A stretch of 64,000 nt of DNA, from assembly GCF_036321535.1 (NCBI RefSeq), contig NC_087436.1, forward strand, positions 101,682,001 through 101,746,000, in the 5' to 3' direction. The notes beneath the pieces were generated by a model, which had not been told where the DNA came from, searched no databases, and saw only the letters and a list, made by a program, of their open reading frames with translations. The first letter of the stretch is position 1. Each line of letters starts with the position of its first letter. Source of the DNA: Camelus dromedarius (lineage: Eukaryota). Positions 1-12,345 of this stretch are shown here, in pieces. The translations under genes were made by a program, and so were the position numbers.

Positions 1-439
1 CATTCTCGCCGAATTTTAGACAGAGTGACTTTAAAACCTGAGTGTTGGGAAGAAGAACCTATCTAAAACACGGGAGTGGATAAAATACACCTCGTGTGCC
101 TTGATAACAACTGTTCAGAGTAGCCACAGGGCTTAAGAAAACTGTGGAGGCTGGCAGAAGCAGGAGGCTGGAATGCTGAAAGCAGACCAGCTCCTTCGGA
201 TCAGGAAGGCTCTGCTGATATTGATTCAAGAGGCATGCTTTTCAAATGCAGACTTGGAGGTATAAGACCCAGATTACTTTACCTAATGTTTATTTGACAT
301 TTAATACATCTTACCCAGTTTTATACTTACAAAAATAAATCCATACAACAACCACATATTGCTTGTATTTTCTTTATCTTGCATATAAATATGGGTCTAA
401 CAGATAAGTAAATGCATAAAGGGGGGAAGTGATGATTGC

Positions 440-814
440 TTAATTGAGTTGGTAGGGCTAGATTTAAGAAAAACCTACAAGAGATAGTGAAAGAACCAAG
501 TTCATAGTCACCATTAGGACTGAAGGTAGTGAAGGGAATGGTTACCAGCACCCCGTAAAACCTGCAGCTGTAGGAGGGGGCATCCAGGAAGAAAAATCAG
601 CATTGTCAGTCTTCAGACTGGCACAGAAAGAACCAAGGGCATAAACATCAAACTTCTATTATTGCCATCCTATTGGTGCTTCCTATTCATTAAAGTTCAG
701 AAGATCAGGATCTTTGGTTGGTTCATTCTGTAAATATCACCCTCCAGAGGCATAGAGCAGGATGGAGAGGAGTGGAGTGTAGATCTGCCCAGGCAAGTCG
801 GAACCTCCAGCACA
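440..814 (-). mobile_element. Old ERVL-class LTR fragment (LTR33-like)
   Basis: Ends with gcatagagcaggatggagaggagtggagtgtagatctg...ctccagcaca, resembling the LTR33-type terminus. Left boundary uncertain. Confidence 0.5.
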
Positions 815-815
815 A

Positions 816-951
816 CCCATTTCACATAGGAGGTCAATGAGCTTGCAGAGGTGAAATAACTTGCCTCAGGTAAAAATGCATGTAGTTGCTGAGATGGGAT
901 TTAATTCATGATCTTCTGACACAAAGCTCTGAGTTTTTCCTCTTATGCCAC
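816..951 (-). mobile_element. MIR SINE fragment
   Basis: cccatttcacatagg...gaggtgaaataacttgcc...tcttctgacacaaagctc matches the reverse MIR core and 5' part. Confidence 0.7.
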
Positions 952-1211
952 CATTATGCCACTTCTCATTAAAAAAGAATTTATTCACTCCACTTTTCCT
1001 TTTCTGCAACATGGACTTTTATTTTAGCGGAAATTGAAAGAGTACAAAAAACGTACCTCAGAGTCATAAATGCTTATTTTAGCAACACAACCTAAAGTTA
1101 CTCTCGATCGCCTTCATCCCACCAATTCTCTTTCACAGAACCTCAGATGCTCTCACACACTTATATGATTATACTGAGCGTACCTATAAAATATGCTGAT
1201 TATGATAAATC

Positions 1212-1377
1212 TTTTTTTTAATTTTAATTTTTTTTATTGAACTATAGTTGATCCACAATGTTGTGTTAGTTTCAGGTGTACAGCAAAGTTATTCAGTTAT
1301 ATATATATATTATTTTTCAGATTCTTTTCCATTGTAGGTTATTATAAGATATTGAATATAGCTTCCTGTGCTGTACA
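1212..1377 (-). mobile_element. Short artiodactyl-type L1 3' end
   Basis: Poly-T followed by ttattgaactatagttgat...gtgtacagcaaagttattcagttat...tgtgctgtaca. Imperfect TSD aaatc(c)ttt. Confidence 0.85.
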
Positions 1378-2764
1378 AAATCCTTTAATACTTTTTAAAA
1401 GTACATTCTTACACTTATTTAGTCTAAAAATCAGATTTCAGTAGTAATCAATTACATGGGAAGAATGTATAATGACACTCATAAAGTATTTTAAAACAGA
1501 ATATTTTCCATTTAAATACTCTTCCAAAGGGCTGTTGTAAATTGCATAAGCTAACATTGGCAGTCGTTCATTTCTATTTGCAACAAATAATTATGAAAAC
1601 TTAATATTCATGAATCAGGTTATTTAATACTGTGAACAAAAACTTAAGACGTTTTACTAATTGAAAGGTGGATCTTGATGTTTTGATCTAGCTCTAAGTA
1701 GTGAATGGTAACTTACTTTTCAATAGAATAGTTTTACAACAATGTATTAAACTAAAGGAACCAATAATAACTTTCTAGAAAGGCAAATGGTTTTTACACA
1801 TGGGTTGCCTTCCCAAGATCAGAATACAAACATGCTGCCCTGCACTGTGCTGTATCTCTTGTCTGCACAGCAAGACTTTCAAGATATGTAGACCCCTGAA
1901 GTTGATGCTGATTCCTTATGCAGATTTGCAAGATAAAGAAGAAATACAGAGTAGCGACCTCCTGACACACAGGTTGCCAAGAGCCTACAATCCTGTGATA
2001 AAATTAAGCTTAATAAACAACAGCAAATGACCCACCTCAACAGCACCAGAAAATCTCTTAGGATAAACTTACTGTTTCAGATTGAATTTAACTTGGCAAT
2101 TGGGAAATGGAGTGTTTAAGTATCAAAAGTGTGCTATCCTGGTACTGTTATTCTTCTGACCTCTCCATCTAGAGGCATATGAACAAGTGAAATGTCACAA
2201 TGGCCGTAAAATTGGACATAATCATTGAGTATATAATCAATGAAGGCATTTTAAAATTTCTGACTATTTTAGATCTTTCTCTCCCAACACGGCCCTTCAA
2301 CAACATCATCTTCTCTAAGAAACCTGTAGACAACTTGAATATGTACAATGTAAATATATAATCACAGTATGAAACAAACTTCGCAGAGAGCATCTCTTCC
2401 TTGGAGGAATTAGTTTTCTGGCCCCTTTCTAGCCAAACATGCTCTTAAGCATGGATCAGGGGTGAATAATCTGAAGTTGTTTGACTTACAAATTTCTCTC
2501 ATTAATATTAATCAGGAGTTCTTGGAATTAGGTTTTTTTTTTCATTACTTCTCGGAGTTAGTAGTGAAACTCCTGGAAGCGCTTCCATTCTAAAGAAGCA
2601 AACAAACATATTAGCGAGGTGACAGCTTCCTTGTTTTAAAGGAAACAATGAAAAATGCTGCACGACTGGGGAGCAGAGGACTTTGACTCTCCAGGGCAGA
2701 TGCTGCTTTGCAGTGTATGAATCTGGAGAAAGCACATATCCTCAGCTATGCCAATTCTACTTAC

Positions 2765-2798
2765 CTAATTAGCACCACCTGTTGGAATGCTCAAGCAT
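2765..2798 (-). other. Candidate 34-nt internal non-coding (5'UTR-type) exon of a minus-strand host gene
   Basis: Minus strand reads acttttttttcaattcttccag|ATGCTTGAGCATTCCAACAGGTGGTGCTAATTAG|gtaagtag. It has a long polypyrimidine tract, a CAG acceptor and a consensus AG|GTAAGT donor, lies in unique sequence, and has stops in all three frames. Confidence 0.55.
2770..2786 (-). promoter_or_regulatory. CTCF-like motif inside the 34-nt exon candidate
   Basis: Minus strand TCCAACAGGTGGTGCTA versus CTCF core CCACCAGGTGGCGCTA: two mismatches, one a CpG-type transition. Confidence 0.35.
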
Positions 2799-3110
2799 CT
2801 GGAAGAATTGAAAAAAAAGTTCATAACTTGAAGGAAACATTTGGGCATCAAGATTCAGTAAACAGCAAGTTAGTATAAACGTTTGTTCACGAATTGCCTG
2901 TCTCCATGGAGTCTAAATTATTCCCCAGTATTAAGTTTGACCCATCAGCTCATTGGCACCATTCCAATAGTGTTATATGATAAGTTCCTGAAATGTCTGT
3001 AGAAGCAGCCTGTTATAGGTAAGACAATAATCATAGGCCCTGTTTTGCATTGTAATAGTCCTAGTTTATCTCTCCTCTTCCTAGATCATGTTTAATAATG
3101 TCTCCTTTCA

Positions 3111-3894
3111 GAACCCTCCTACAATGTTGGTGGGAATGTAGATTGGTGCAGCCATGGAGGACAGTATGGAGGTTCCTTAAAAAAACTAGAAATAGAGGTA
3201 CTATATAATCCCACAATCCCACTCCTGGGCATATACCCAGAAAAAATATAATTTGAAAAGACATGTGCACCTCAATGTTCATAGCAGCACTATTTACAAT
3301 AGCCAAGACATGGAAATGACCTAAATGTCCATTGACAAATTACTGAATAAAGAAAACAAGATATATATATATAAAAATAAACACAGTGGAATACTACTCA
3401 ACCATAAAAAAGAATGAAATAATGCCATTTTCAGCAACCTGGATGGACCTAGAGATTATCACATTTAGTGAAATAAGTTAGAAGAGAAAGACAAATATCA
3501 TATTATATCGCTTATATATGGAATCTAAAAAATGATACAAATTTTATTTGCAAACCATGAAATAGATTCATGGACATACAAAACAAACTATGGTTACCAA
3601 AGGGGAAAGGGAGGTGGAGGGATAAATTACAAGTTTGGGATTAACAGATATATACTACTATATATAAAATAGATAAACAATTAGGATCTACTGTATAGTA
3701 TAGGTGACTATATTCAGTTTCTTGTAATTAGCTATAATGAAAAACAATCTGAAAATATATGTGTATATATGTATATATATATGTGAGTTTGTATAACTGA
3801 CTCTCTTTGCTGCAAACTTGAAACTAACATTGTAAATTAACTACACTTCAATAAAAAAATAAAATTAAAAAAATTAAAAAAAGAAAACAAAAAA
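3111..3894 (+). mobile_element. 5'-truncated L1 (ORF2 end, 3'UTR, poly-A) with TSD
   Basis: L1 3' sequence and A-rich tail. TSD aataatgtc(t)cctttca at 3094-3110 and 3895-3910. Confidence 0.95.
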
Positions 3895-6059
3895 AATAAT
3901 GTCCCTTTCACTCTTAAAATGTTTCTGTTTGGATGATAAATTACAAGACCACCCTAATTATAAGATGACTTAGAACACAGAGAGAGAAACTCTTTACTTT
4001 TATTGTGTTATAAAGAACAACTAAATTTTAAAAGTTCGATTTGTTTTTTTGTGAATTTCATTACAGGACTCCATTTATATGACTGATACGTGTATATACT
4101 ATGCATAACAAAAAATTGGTATGAGAATCTTTGGTGCACTCATATTTCAATAATGATATGTTGCCTTTGCCAACTGGTGTAAGTTTTTGAAGTAATAGCC
4201 AGCACCAGAAGAATGAAATGAAATGAAAAGCAAAAGAATGTGAAAGACATGGTAAAGTACTGAGCAATGTGCTTTTTTTTTCTGCTATACAGATGACATG
4301 TATTCTTGATGTTGGCAGATTGTTAAAATATATTTTCTAAAGCGAAAACAATTTCATTTCTCAAATAATGTCTCATCTTTTTGGCATTATTTTAGAATTG
4401 CCAACCTGCTCATTTATGCTATTTGGCTAAAAATCTAATTGCCTAAAAAGCTTTAATTTTAAACATGGCTAGTTTTTTTTTTCCTGTAAAATTTTCATGT
4501 AAATGTATTTTTAATCCTCCAGAGCTAGCAAGTATATATATGACATGACAAAAGTGACTTCTGATTTTTGTAAATGCCAATAAATTCATTTCTAAGAACA
4601 GTCATTTTATCATAAATGATAATTGAATCTTCTTTTATAGAATTTAGGGAAAACCATTTTAATAGACACAGATTTTCTTTAATTTAAATAAAGAAGTAGG
4701 ATTTTTATGGGTGTTATGTTTTGAAAACAGAACTGATTCTGTTCAAAAATTAAAGAATTTGAACTTTCTACCTTTAATCATGATCTTAAAGCTGTTTTTT
4801 ACAGTTAGCACAAAATGACTTTGGATGTTACTTTTCTAGAATATAATAAGTTGATAAGATTAAAGGTTACCCAAAGAATTAGTAAGTAGCCAGTAGGAGA
4901 ATATTAATAGAAATACAAAAGGAAAAATATCTAGCACATGAAGTAAAAATCACAACTGGAGTTTTTGAAAAAAACAATTAGTAAGACTAAACTATTCATA
5001 ATTCAATGTGGGCAGAACATATTATTTAAAAACAAGATAACGTGTTAGCTGTTGCAGAGCCTTGCTAAAATTATGTAGCAAAATGATATTTGACATTTTG
5101 TTGCATTTCATTTATTTAATTAATAAGAATTAAATATATATATACATATGTCCACACATTCACATGAATATATATGCAAATATATACACACTTTCCCCAT
5201 TAGAGCAGAGTTCTATGCAGAAAGACTTAAAAATTACAATTCACAGCAATTCAAAATATTCTACATTATGTCAATCAAAGGATGTTTGTATTACCTATAA
5301 CCAAAGACTGAAATGAGGTTGCCTGGATTTTTTTATTCTAGGAAATCAATATAGTTCCATGGATTCAATTTTGCTATTCAGATCTTTAACTTGGAAGAGA
5401 CTGTACTCAGCATTATGTCATGCTAATTCTTGCCCTCTAGTAGACTCTTTATGCTGACTCAGATTTTACCAGAAATATATTGAATACACTTGCAGTTCAT
5501 CAGTTACAGTACACTTTGGCTCATTGGTCAAATGGAGTGTTTGGCAAAACACAGGTAAACTGGAAGGATGCTTGCAATGAGTAGTGCACAGTAAGCATAA
5601 AAACCATTGCTCAATGTTTAAAATAAGTTTGCAAATATGCCAGATCATATTAACATTTGTAGAGTCTTGTGGAACTTGGATGATACAGCAAAATAATTTC
5701 TTAAACAATTTTGATGTTGGATTTTTCTTTTTGAATGAAGAACTGATCAGATAATCTTAGAAACTTTCATGGGCAACTGAATTTAACCTCAACAATAATA
5801 CAGTAAATATGTTTTTATGAAGCATCTGCAGTATTTTTTCTGGAGCCCTAAAGTTATATAGGGATAGCTTTATGAATTAAAGAGTCTGCATAAATAATGC
5901 ACTTGCTGGGTATTGAATGATGTTAAAGACTCGTTGCTATTTTTTATACTTAATAATTAATGGTTATGTTTAAGAAAGAATCATCTTTTACAGATAAATA
6001 TTAAATAGTTATGAATGAAACACGAACTTTCTTAGATCTACCTCAAACGAATCCTGGAG

Positions 6060-6200
6060 GAATAGGAAGAAGGGAGTGTAGACAAACAAGATTGGCCCAG
6101 AGTTAAAATGGTTAAAGTTGTGTAAAGGATCCATGAAGTTCTGTTGTATTGTTGTCTCTATTTTTATATGTTTTTGAAATTTTCCATAATAAAAATGTTT
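6060..6200 (+). mobile_element. Old L1M (L1MC/ME-like) 3' end
   Basis: Ends ...tctatttttatatgtttttgaaattttccataataaaaatgttt, typical of an old L1M terminus. Confidence 0.6.
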
Positions 6201-8974
6201 CCACAATAAAGATTAATATCACCTCATATATCTCTGAAATAAAAACAAATGGAAATTTAACCATAACCAAAGCAAAAGCAGGAAGGAAAAGATTATATAA
6301 TGTACAACATGTCACATTCTTTGGTTTTTCTGGACATAACAGATGCTTTCAATATAGAATACATATATGAGCAACATTCAAGATGTTGCCACCAACAGTC
6401 TTTAATAACCTGCGAAGTACACTCCGCATGTCTTTTAAATCTTCGACTTTCTTTTTATGCTCTGTCTTACCTCTGCATTCAGTGCCTTCATTAAGCCTCT
6501 GGCTGCGTGACCATTAACCAATAACAGATATCTCCCCTTACCACACTTGAGACCATTTCTATTTTTCCCTCCTCTAACTTCTTCCTCTACTTCTGCTTAT
6601 TACTTCTGCAATATAAACTTTATTTTCCTATATATTAGAATCTACCAAAATGCAAGAAAATATATTCAGTTTATCCCAGTGATGCAAGTTTATTCAGTGA
6701 AAGAGGTTTAAAATATAAGCACAGGGAAGACTATTTCAAACAAACAAACAAAAAAACCCCTTAGCATTTCCACAATTAAATACGGTAGAAAGATGAAGTT
6801 CCATTTATTGCTATTTAGGATGCAATGGTAACTTCATTTGGTTGTTCTCTGAGGTCAAACTATGCTAAGCATCTCTCCCAAATCATTCATTAACCTAGTA
6901 GTTCCACCATTCTGGTTATTCAGCACATTTCTTTCCGAGTCTGCTTCCTATTAGCTATTACCCTATTATGTAGCCTCACTTTTATCCTTTTCTTATTCTC
7001 TCTTTGTGTTTGCATTCAAACTGTTTCAAGGCAAAGTCAGCCAGGTACCATCCAATGGAAAGTGTCGCCATTGGGCTGTCACCTCAAATCAGAACATGTG
7101 TAAGACTTCAGTAGTCTTGAAGTTTGGGAATATTTTGGTGATACTCCATATATAGTTTAACAAATAATAAAATGCAGTAATTACCTGAATCATAATGAGA
7201 AAGATGTCCAAAAACATAGTAGCTCAGCTGGCAGACTAATTTGAACAGTTTGCCTATTAATGTTAAGCACGGACTGTACCTCATTGGCGTCTATACTTCT
7301 TTATACATAGGCAGCTGGGGGTTACTGTTGTCTTTTAGTAGTCAAGGCAACAAAAATATAGAGTCAGGTTTTAAGATTTTAAAATATATATGGCAAGAAA
7401 TCTTCAGATAAATGTCTTGACTGCATTGTGGAAGTTGTACGTAAATCAACTGAGAATTGTTTACTAGACTATCCCATAGACCTCTCATAGCTGACCTTAG
7501 CTAACTGTTAGAGGAGGAAATTCAGTAACGAATAACTGATGGTTGGTATTGCCACTTTAAATTTTAAAGGAATATTTCCCTTCATGACACGGACATTTCC
7601 AAGTGGTGAAATTAACTTAGTATGTGGGAGATATTTATATGCAGAGTTTTCTTTGAGATGCTTAACATTGTATTTTCCCCATTCTTTCTCTGTGAAGTGC
7701 TGGTTCTAAGAAAAAGGCATTACAAATGGGCTTTTCCCTTCCATTTTTAATATCTTTCTTACCCAAAGTGAAGTCAGACGCCACTTCCCATCAAATTACA
7801 TTTGTTTGGACTGCTACAACTCTTTCTTTGCTGTGGGTCTTTGGGGTAGCTCACTAAATTCTTTGTTTCTTCTTCAATATTACCAATCCCATATAAAATA
7901 TAAATCAGTTGCTACATCTTAACACAAGCACATATTCAATTCATTTCAATAGCTCATGACCCAGAGAGAGGCATATCTTGTAACATTAAAAGTAGACTTT
8001 CAGAAACTCCAGTTGTAAATTTTTTCTTACAGAGAAAAGAGGAGGGCACCAGGTTTCTCAATCTCTGTGTTTTGCTGATTTTCATTAACAAGCTTAAGAA
8101 GATTTTTAAATTCACTTTGCCCCAGCTGGAATCCCTGTTATTCTTTTATGTCTACTTTTTCCTATCCTTATTCCAGCCATAATAGATTCGTCTTTTTCTA
8201 GAAGTGGTTGGATAGTATCTCAAAATATATCCTTGTGTCTACATCTCAAGTTTCTCTGGATTCTGTCCCAGCCTGAGACCTAGGCAAAGACCAAATCCTA
8301 AGAAAACAAAAAATAGTTTTGGTCTCAACCACATTTCAGTGGTTTAGAGACAGTGTGCCTTTCAAGACATTTTTCACCTCTGACATCTCCCTGAACATAG
8401 CTACCTCCTCTGCCCAAGAGGTTGTCCAAACTCTTTCCATGGATGTAATTTTCACAGATCCTCCCAAAATGCACGTTCTCTAAACTAGAACTTAAATATG
8501 TACGAAATATTATGTTTTGCCATCTTGCTGGATGGAAGTATTATAATGCTTATAATAATAATTATAAAGGATTATCATGGCTGAATAATTGCACAATTTC
8601 TAAGAATTATCAGACTATATACACTTACAGTGATGAATATTATAGTATGTAAAATATACCTTTGTACAGCTGTCTTTGTTTAAAGAAAAACAGAGAAACA
8701 AAGACAGGGAATTTTTGCTAAATTGTACAGTTTAGATATACAAAATACTAATTTAGAAGTGAAAAACTGGCAATAAGCATATGTGGTTAGTCATAATATT
8801 TTTCATATTTCATGAGAAAGAGAAAGATTTTCATGAGCTGAGAAAGAAAGGGCACAATTTAGTTATACGTGTGTTAACATCAACGTTTCCCGGTAAATAA
8901 GAGTATGTTTCACACAGGGAAACCTACAAAGGTAGAAGAGATCTTTACTCTCACATTTTCCAGCCCCTTGTGGC

Positions 8975-9172
8975 TAACATTTGCTGAGTGAAATCCATAG
9001 GTCAACCACTGTGTAAGACACTTTACTGGTTTAATCAGTTTTGAAGTCATTACTGTTCTGTCCTTTATAAATGGAATTCCAGGTCAGGCAACTGGGAGGT
9101 GGAAGAGATAGGACTCATACTCTGATCCGTCTAGCTCCAGATCCTTTACTTCTAACCAGTATACACACTGCC
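8975..9172 (-). mobile_element. MIR SINE (degenerate)
   Basis: taacatttgctgagtg...gacactttac and gtctagctccagatcctttacttctaaccagtatac match the reverse MIR ends. Confidence 0.55.
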
Positions 9173-9992
9173 CTTTGATACCCGGAAAATGTAGGGGCTG
9201 AACAAAAATGATACACTTGATTAGTATCCCTGATTAGGAATTCCCAGTGTCAGATCCAGTCACAACTCCAAAGGAACTTACGATGTACGTGGAAAGAAAG
9301 AATCCGTGTGTTCATTTCAACTGCGAATAAACTTTGAACAGAGTGGAACTGTTTTCCCTCCCTAGAAGACTGCTGATTCCCTTGGGCTTTCGCTTTTCAT
9401 AAGCTTGTGATGACAGAGTCTCAGTTAAAATACTGTATTTACTTGTAGGATGTTCACTCTTTCTGTAAGTAGGGATGTGATAATAACACAAGAGCAGGCT
9501 TGGTCTAAAACGAGTTTCAAGTAATCACACAATAAGCTTACAGATAATATTCCTTCTTGTTGTCTCTACCAAGTCTTTTCTTTTTTAAGCCAAATTCTTT
9601 TCTGGGGCATTTATAAATCTTTGATATGAGTTTTTATACAATAGATCAGATTCCAAATTAGTAACTTAAGATTATCTGTTTTCAGAGGCATGAGAAAGTT
9701 TCAGCGAGTTTCTAAAATAGCCTGCCGAGCTCCTATTTATGGTCCCATTTATATTCAGTACCAGTGGTCCCACAAGCGGAGGTTGGGCAGAATGGCATGG
9801 GGTAAGAGATTCCTAGTCTAGACATTTGCTCCGATAAACTTTTAAGTCAGGAATGCTCACCCTGCTGCCCCCCGCCACTATCAGGAATCTCGGAACTTCT
9901 CCTTGAGGGCATCACTACATGCTAATATTTTTTCAATCCAAGCTTTTCATTTCGATGATAACTACAACAATTAATTTAAGTATATTCTGGAT

Positions 9993-10205
9993 TGTCTGGC
10001 TTACAACCATATTAATAAACAATTGGTATGTGATAGAGGATAATGCCACAGTAACTCCATGGTGTTCAGAATTAAGCATGGATTTCTCACATGTCGATGG
10101 ATCAGCTAGAGCAGCTTTGTTCCTCCTGTGTTCATTCTGGGCCCCAAGATGAAAGGGCATCTGCTGAAGAATGCAATGCAGAATCATAATGGGGCAAGTC
10201 CAATG

Positions 10206-10238
<33 letters not shown>

Positions 10239-10423
10239 CTCTTTTAAAACTCTGCTTATATCATCTCCGCTAATGCCCCTTTGTCCAAAACTAGTTAGAT
10301 GGCCAACCTCAAAGCCAACGGGTATGGGAGAGCACCTGGCCTCTCTGGGAGTGACTGAAAATTTATAAAGCCCAGACATGGTGGGAGCATAATTTTTAGT
10401 GCCAATTATTCTATCCAAGCACA
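9993..10423 (-). mobile_element. MLT1-family (MaLR) LTR
   Basis: tctgcttatatcatctccgctaatgcccctttgtccaaaactagttagatggccaacctcaaag with terminal ...aagcaca. Contains a (CAAAA)n run near 10208-10238. Confidence 0.65.
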
Positions 10424-11859
10424 ATGATGGTGATGCAAACTTTTAATTTGTTTTAGTAAATAATTGTGTTTCAGCAAACTGAACACACACACACACACAC
10501 TTAGAGCAGAGTCTAGCACGTACTAAGTGTATATGGGTTACCATAAATATTACCTATGATAATAAATAACTTACCATTCTCATGACAGTCTGCTGGTATG
10601 CTGACCTGATTGTTCTTTGTCTCTGCTTCTCCAGTTGTTGATGACTAGTAGCACATCCCACTTGGCATCTTTGTAAACTCTCATCAGAGAGTCTAAGAGA
10701 ATTTAGGCCTTTCAGAGTAATTGCACCAGCTCACTTAAGAGTTCCCTGACCATCCCAAGCAGAGAACCTGGGGCTCACTAGTTGTGAGAGTTGAGTACCA
10801 TGTTACCAAGCATGGGGGCCTGTGTGAAATATCCACGTCTGCTTCTCTTGTATCAGAGCACATTCTTCCTCCTTCAGTCAATAATGTGGTTTTTCCAATT
10901 GCTTTTTTATTAATAAAAGGGGTGAGTACAATGCTTATACATACTTTTTTGAATGAAGGTGTATTTCCCCAGGCTAAATGAGTGAAAGTGAAATTGTTTG
11001 GGGTGAGTAGACACTAAACATATATCTTTTTATGTAAATTATCCAGCAAAAAAAAAAAACACAAGTAAGTAAATAAATAAATAAATGACACCGATCTAAT
11101 AGAGAAAAAGTCACAGTACAGTTAATCCCTCCTTAATTACTACTGATATTCATCATCTATTAAAATATTTATTGGATATTCACATTTCCCCTCTGTATAT
11201 TTTATGTCAAAATACTTTGTCATTTTTGTATTTGTTGCTATCTTTCTTTTAATAGGGTATGGTCAGTTGCTAAGCTACATTTTCAGAAAGAGAAAACTTG
11301 CTTATTGCAAAAGGATTTTTAATTTCTTTTTATCTTGATATCTCCAAAGCCTATAACAGTAAAATAACATAGGCAATAATACATATTGTGCAAGTTGCAA
11401 CTACAGCATTTAGTATTATGCTAGTTTGCATAATGTTTTAATAAGGCTTTGTTCTAGTCACTTACGTATAGTGACAACTTAATTTCAATGCACATGATTA
11501 AAGTAGTATCCTAAAGGCTCTTTAGTGTATTACAAAACTTTTGTGATGCTGTTGTGAGCTGTTTTATAAACTTTATCACTTCAATATTTAAGTTATTAGT
11601 CATCTTTTTTTTTACATTTTTTTCTTTAAAAATTTTATATGGACCTGAGTTTTTGCTTTGTCCATCATTTTCACTATAGCATAACCATAAAATAATCTAA
11701 AAAAAATTCTGGAAACAGTTTTGTAGCATGCAAACATTTTGCATTCTAGTTTGTAAATATCAACCAAATGGTTTTTATGTATATGCCGTGGGTTATCTAT
11801 ATAATTCTATAATATTATTATAATATAAATTATGACCGAGATAATATGCCAGTATATTA

Positions 11860-12124
11860 GTAATATACACTAGAATGGCTCAATTTAAAAGGACTACCAA
11901 TAGCAGGTGTTGGCAAGCTTGAGAAAAATCTCTCATTGTTTGTGGGAGTATCAGTTGGTACAATTACTTTGGAAAAATGTTTAACCATAACTACTAAAGG
12001 TAAATATTGTCAGTTCCCCTGACCCAACAGAAATGGCTCATGTGTCCACCAAATACCAAGAATGTTATACACCAAGAATGTTAGTTATACCTTTATTCAC
12101 AGTAGCCTCAAACCTGAATCAAGC
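11860..12124 (+). mobile_element. Old L1M ORF2-end fragment
   Basis: cactagaatggct...aggtgttggcaag...tgtgggagtatcagttggtacaattactttggaaaa...ctttattcacagtagcc. Confidence 0.7.
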
Positions 12125-12345
12125 TGTATTCATTTTGTATTGCTATGTAACAAATGACCACAAATTTGCAGCTTAAAGCAACAGATGTTTATTATCTCAA
12201 AACACTTTCGGTCACAAGTGGGGAGCAATTTAACTGAGTACTCTGCTTAGATTATCTTAGAACTGTAATATGGGTGTTGCCCAGGTTGAGTTTTCATCTA
12301 AGGCTCAAGGTCCTCTTTAACATTTGCTTGATGGTTGACAGCATT
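12125..12345 (-). mobile_element. MLT1-family LTR fragment
   Basis: tgtattcattttgtattgctatgtaacaaatgaccacaaatttgcagcttaaagcaacag...tttattatctca, the reverse of an MLT1 3' end. Confidence 0.7.

Noticed and set aside
3003..3024. tag|aagcagcctgttatag|gtaaga as a 16-nt plus-strand exon
   Set aside because: Poor polypyrimidine tract, and a donor match alone is expected by chance.
12055..12088. accaagaatgtta direct repeat
   Set aside because: Simple 16-bp-period duplication inside an L1 remnant.
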